A stretch of DNA of 29,753 bases from a virus. Lineage: Duplodnaviria > Heunggongvirae > Uroviricota > Caudoviricetes. Each line of letters begins with the position of its first letter. The stretch's first letter is position 1. The stretch spans positions 1-29,753 of IMG/VR virus record IMGVR_UViG_2541047785_000004; one strand, given 5' to 3'. Below the pieces are notes generated by a model. The model searched no databases. It was given only the letters and a program-made list of their open reading frames with translations, and had not been told where the DNA came from. The translations under genes and the position numbers were made by a program. This document shows positions 28,514 to 29,753 of this stretch, one piece after another.

Positions 28514-28765
28514 ATGTACGAATTAACTCTATCGCCAGCAGAGATTCAAGAGATCACGAAATACGAGCGATACACAAAACAGCAACACCAGTTAAGGCTG
28601 CACGGTATCCCATTTGTAATCGGTCCTAAAAACGAACCAATAGTTCTTCGCAGGGATATTCCACACGGACTGACTACGATGCCAAAAGCACCTGAACTGG
28701 TTTCCGCTGAACCCGATTTTGAGGCGCTGAACAATGGGAAGACCAAGAAAAAACAAAAAAGATAA
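28514..28765 (+). CDS. xis: Putative excisionase (Xis-position protein), 83 aa
   Basis: Immediately upstream of and overlapping the integrase start as in lambda; N-terminal MYELTL and basic C-terminus NNGKTKKKQKR loosely resemble lambda Xis (MYLTLQEW…NGKKAKS). Confidence 0.5.
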   Translation: MYELTLSPAEIQEITKYERYTKQQHQLRLHGIPFVIGPKNEPIVLRRDIPHGLTTMPKAPELVSAEPDFEALNNGKTKKKQKR

Positions 28766-29753
28766 TGCACTACCACCGCGTGTTAGATCGAATGGTTACA
28801 GTTACGTATGGAAACCCGAAGGAAGCACAAGAACTATAGGGCTCGGAAGAGTGTGGGAAACCAGCGTAGCTAAAGTCTGGCAAAATTATGAGCTGGAAAA
28901 AGCAAAACTCCACAACATAATGACAGTAGCTAAATTATGGCACATGTTTATGGACTCCCCTGCATTTACAGAACTGGCCCCCCGAACCCAAAAAGATTAT
29001 CGGCAACATCAAAGGGCATTGTTGGCAGTATTCGGAAAAGTGCTTGCTGATAATGTAAAAATTGAACAGGTAAGAATTTTCATGGATAAGCGAGGACTTG
29101 AGAGCAAGACCCAGGCAAACCATGAACTGGCAAGTCTGAGCCGTGTATACGGATGGGGATATGAGCGTGGGTATGTGAAAAATAATCCATGCAAAGGAGT
29201 CAGAAAATTCACACTTAAAGCCCGTACTGTTTACATCACCGATGAACAGTATGCTGCAATATATGCGGAAGCAATTCCACAGTTACGTATTGCAATGGAG
29301 ATATCCTATCTTTGTGCGGCAAGGCTCGGTGATGTACTCGAGCTGAAATGGCAGGATATTATGGAGAAAGGGATTTACATTGAGCAAAACAAGACCGGCA
29401 CTAAACAAATCAAGGAATGGTCTCCGCGATTACGTACGGCGATCCAGTTAGCCCGAAATGTATCTTCCGGCACATGCGAGTATGTGATCAACACAACCAA
29501 AGGCGGGAAGGTAATAGCCAAGACGCTGAACAACTGGTGGAATCAGGCTAAACGTGCAGCCGAGCAAAAAGCCGGCGTTCCGTTTGGGTGCAACTTCCAT
29601 GACATAAAAGCCAAAGGGATTTCAGATTACGAAGGCAGCAGTCGCGACAAACAAATTTTCAGTGGACACAAAACAGAAAATCAGGTGTTGATTTACGATC
29701 GTAAAACCAAAATAACACCAACACTGGATTTGCCGCTTGTGGTCAGTAAGTAG
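28734..29753 (+). CDS. int: Tyrosine integrase, lambda Int family, 339 aa (stop at window end)
   Basis: N-terminal arm-binding-like region MGRPRKNKKDNALPPRVRSNGYSYVWKPEGSTRTIGLGR; catalytic region IAMEISYLCAARLGDVLELKW…IYIEQNKTG…FHDIKAKG…SGHKTENQVLIYDRK carries the R…K…H…H…Y signature in lambda Int order. Confidence 0.9.
   Translation: MGRPRKNKKDNALPPRVRSNGYSYVWKPEGSTRTIGLGRVWETSVAKVWQNYELEKAKLHNIMTVAKLWHMFMDSPAFTELAPRTQKDYRQHQRALLAVFGKVLADNVKIEQVRIFMDKRGLESKTQANHELASLSRVYGWGYERGYVKNNPCKGVRKFTLKARTVYITDEQYAAIYAEAIPQLRIAMEISYLCAARLGDVLELKWQDIMEKGIYIEQNKTGTKQIKEWSPRLRTAIQLARNVSSGTCEYVINTTKGGKVIAKTLNNWWNQAKRAAEQKAGVPFGCNFHDIKAKGISDYEGSSRDKQIFSGHKTENQVLIYDRKTKITPTLDLPLVVSK

Overview
The window is the non-structural half, plus the first head genes, of a mosaic lambdoid prophage of the E. 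coli type, lying inverted relative to the usual lambda map. Reading left to right: lambda-like head and packaging genes on the minus strand (C/Nu3 partial, portal B, W, terminase A, a Nu1-like small terminase), a lambda-like cos site, bor and a DUF1398 gene on the plus strand, then the late operon on the minus strand (lysis cassette with a GH108-type endolysin, TerB-like protein, orphan DNA methyltransferase, a multi-pass membrane protein, a pR'/tR' unit, a Q-position gene, RusA and a DUF968 protein). A low-GC cargo island follows (about 15.2-20.3 kb) with an HTH/ImmA pair, a Hok-family toxin, a translationally coupled small-protein plus 3-TM-protein cassette, a single membrane-anchored protein and a DUF3606 pair. 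After that come a Rac-like replication and immunity region (O-like initiator with internal iterons, YdaT-like, YdaS-like Cro, RacR-like repressor with flanking operators), an early-left operon with a RecE-like exonuclease carrying a DEDDh domain, an Xis-like gene and a lambda-family tyrosine integrase ending at the window edge. No tRNA, rRNA, CRISPR array or transposase was found. Best candidates for an undescribed system are the coupled cassette at 17024-18033, the membrane protein in the stx-equivalent slot at 11756-12469, and the neighbouring cargo genes. All identifications rest on reading the translations and motifs against recalled family sequences; no database search was run.
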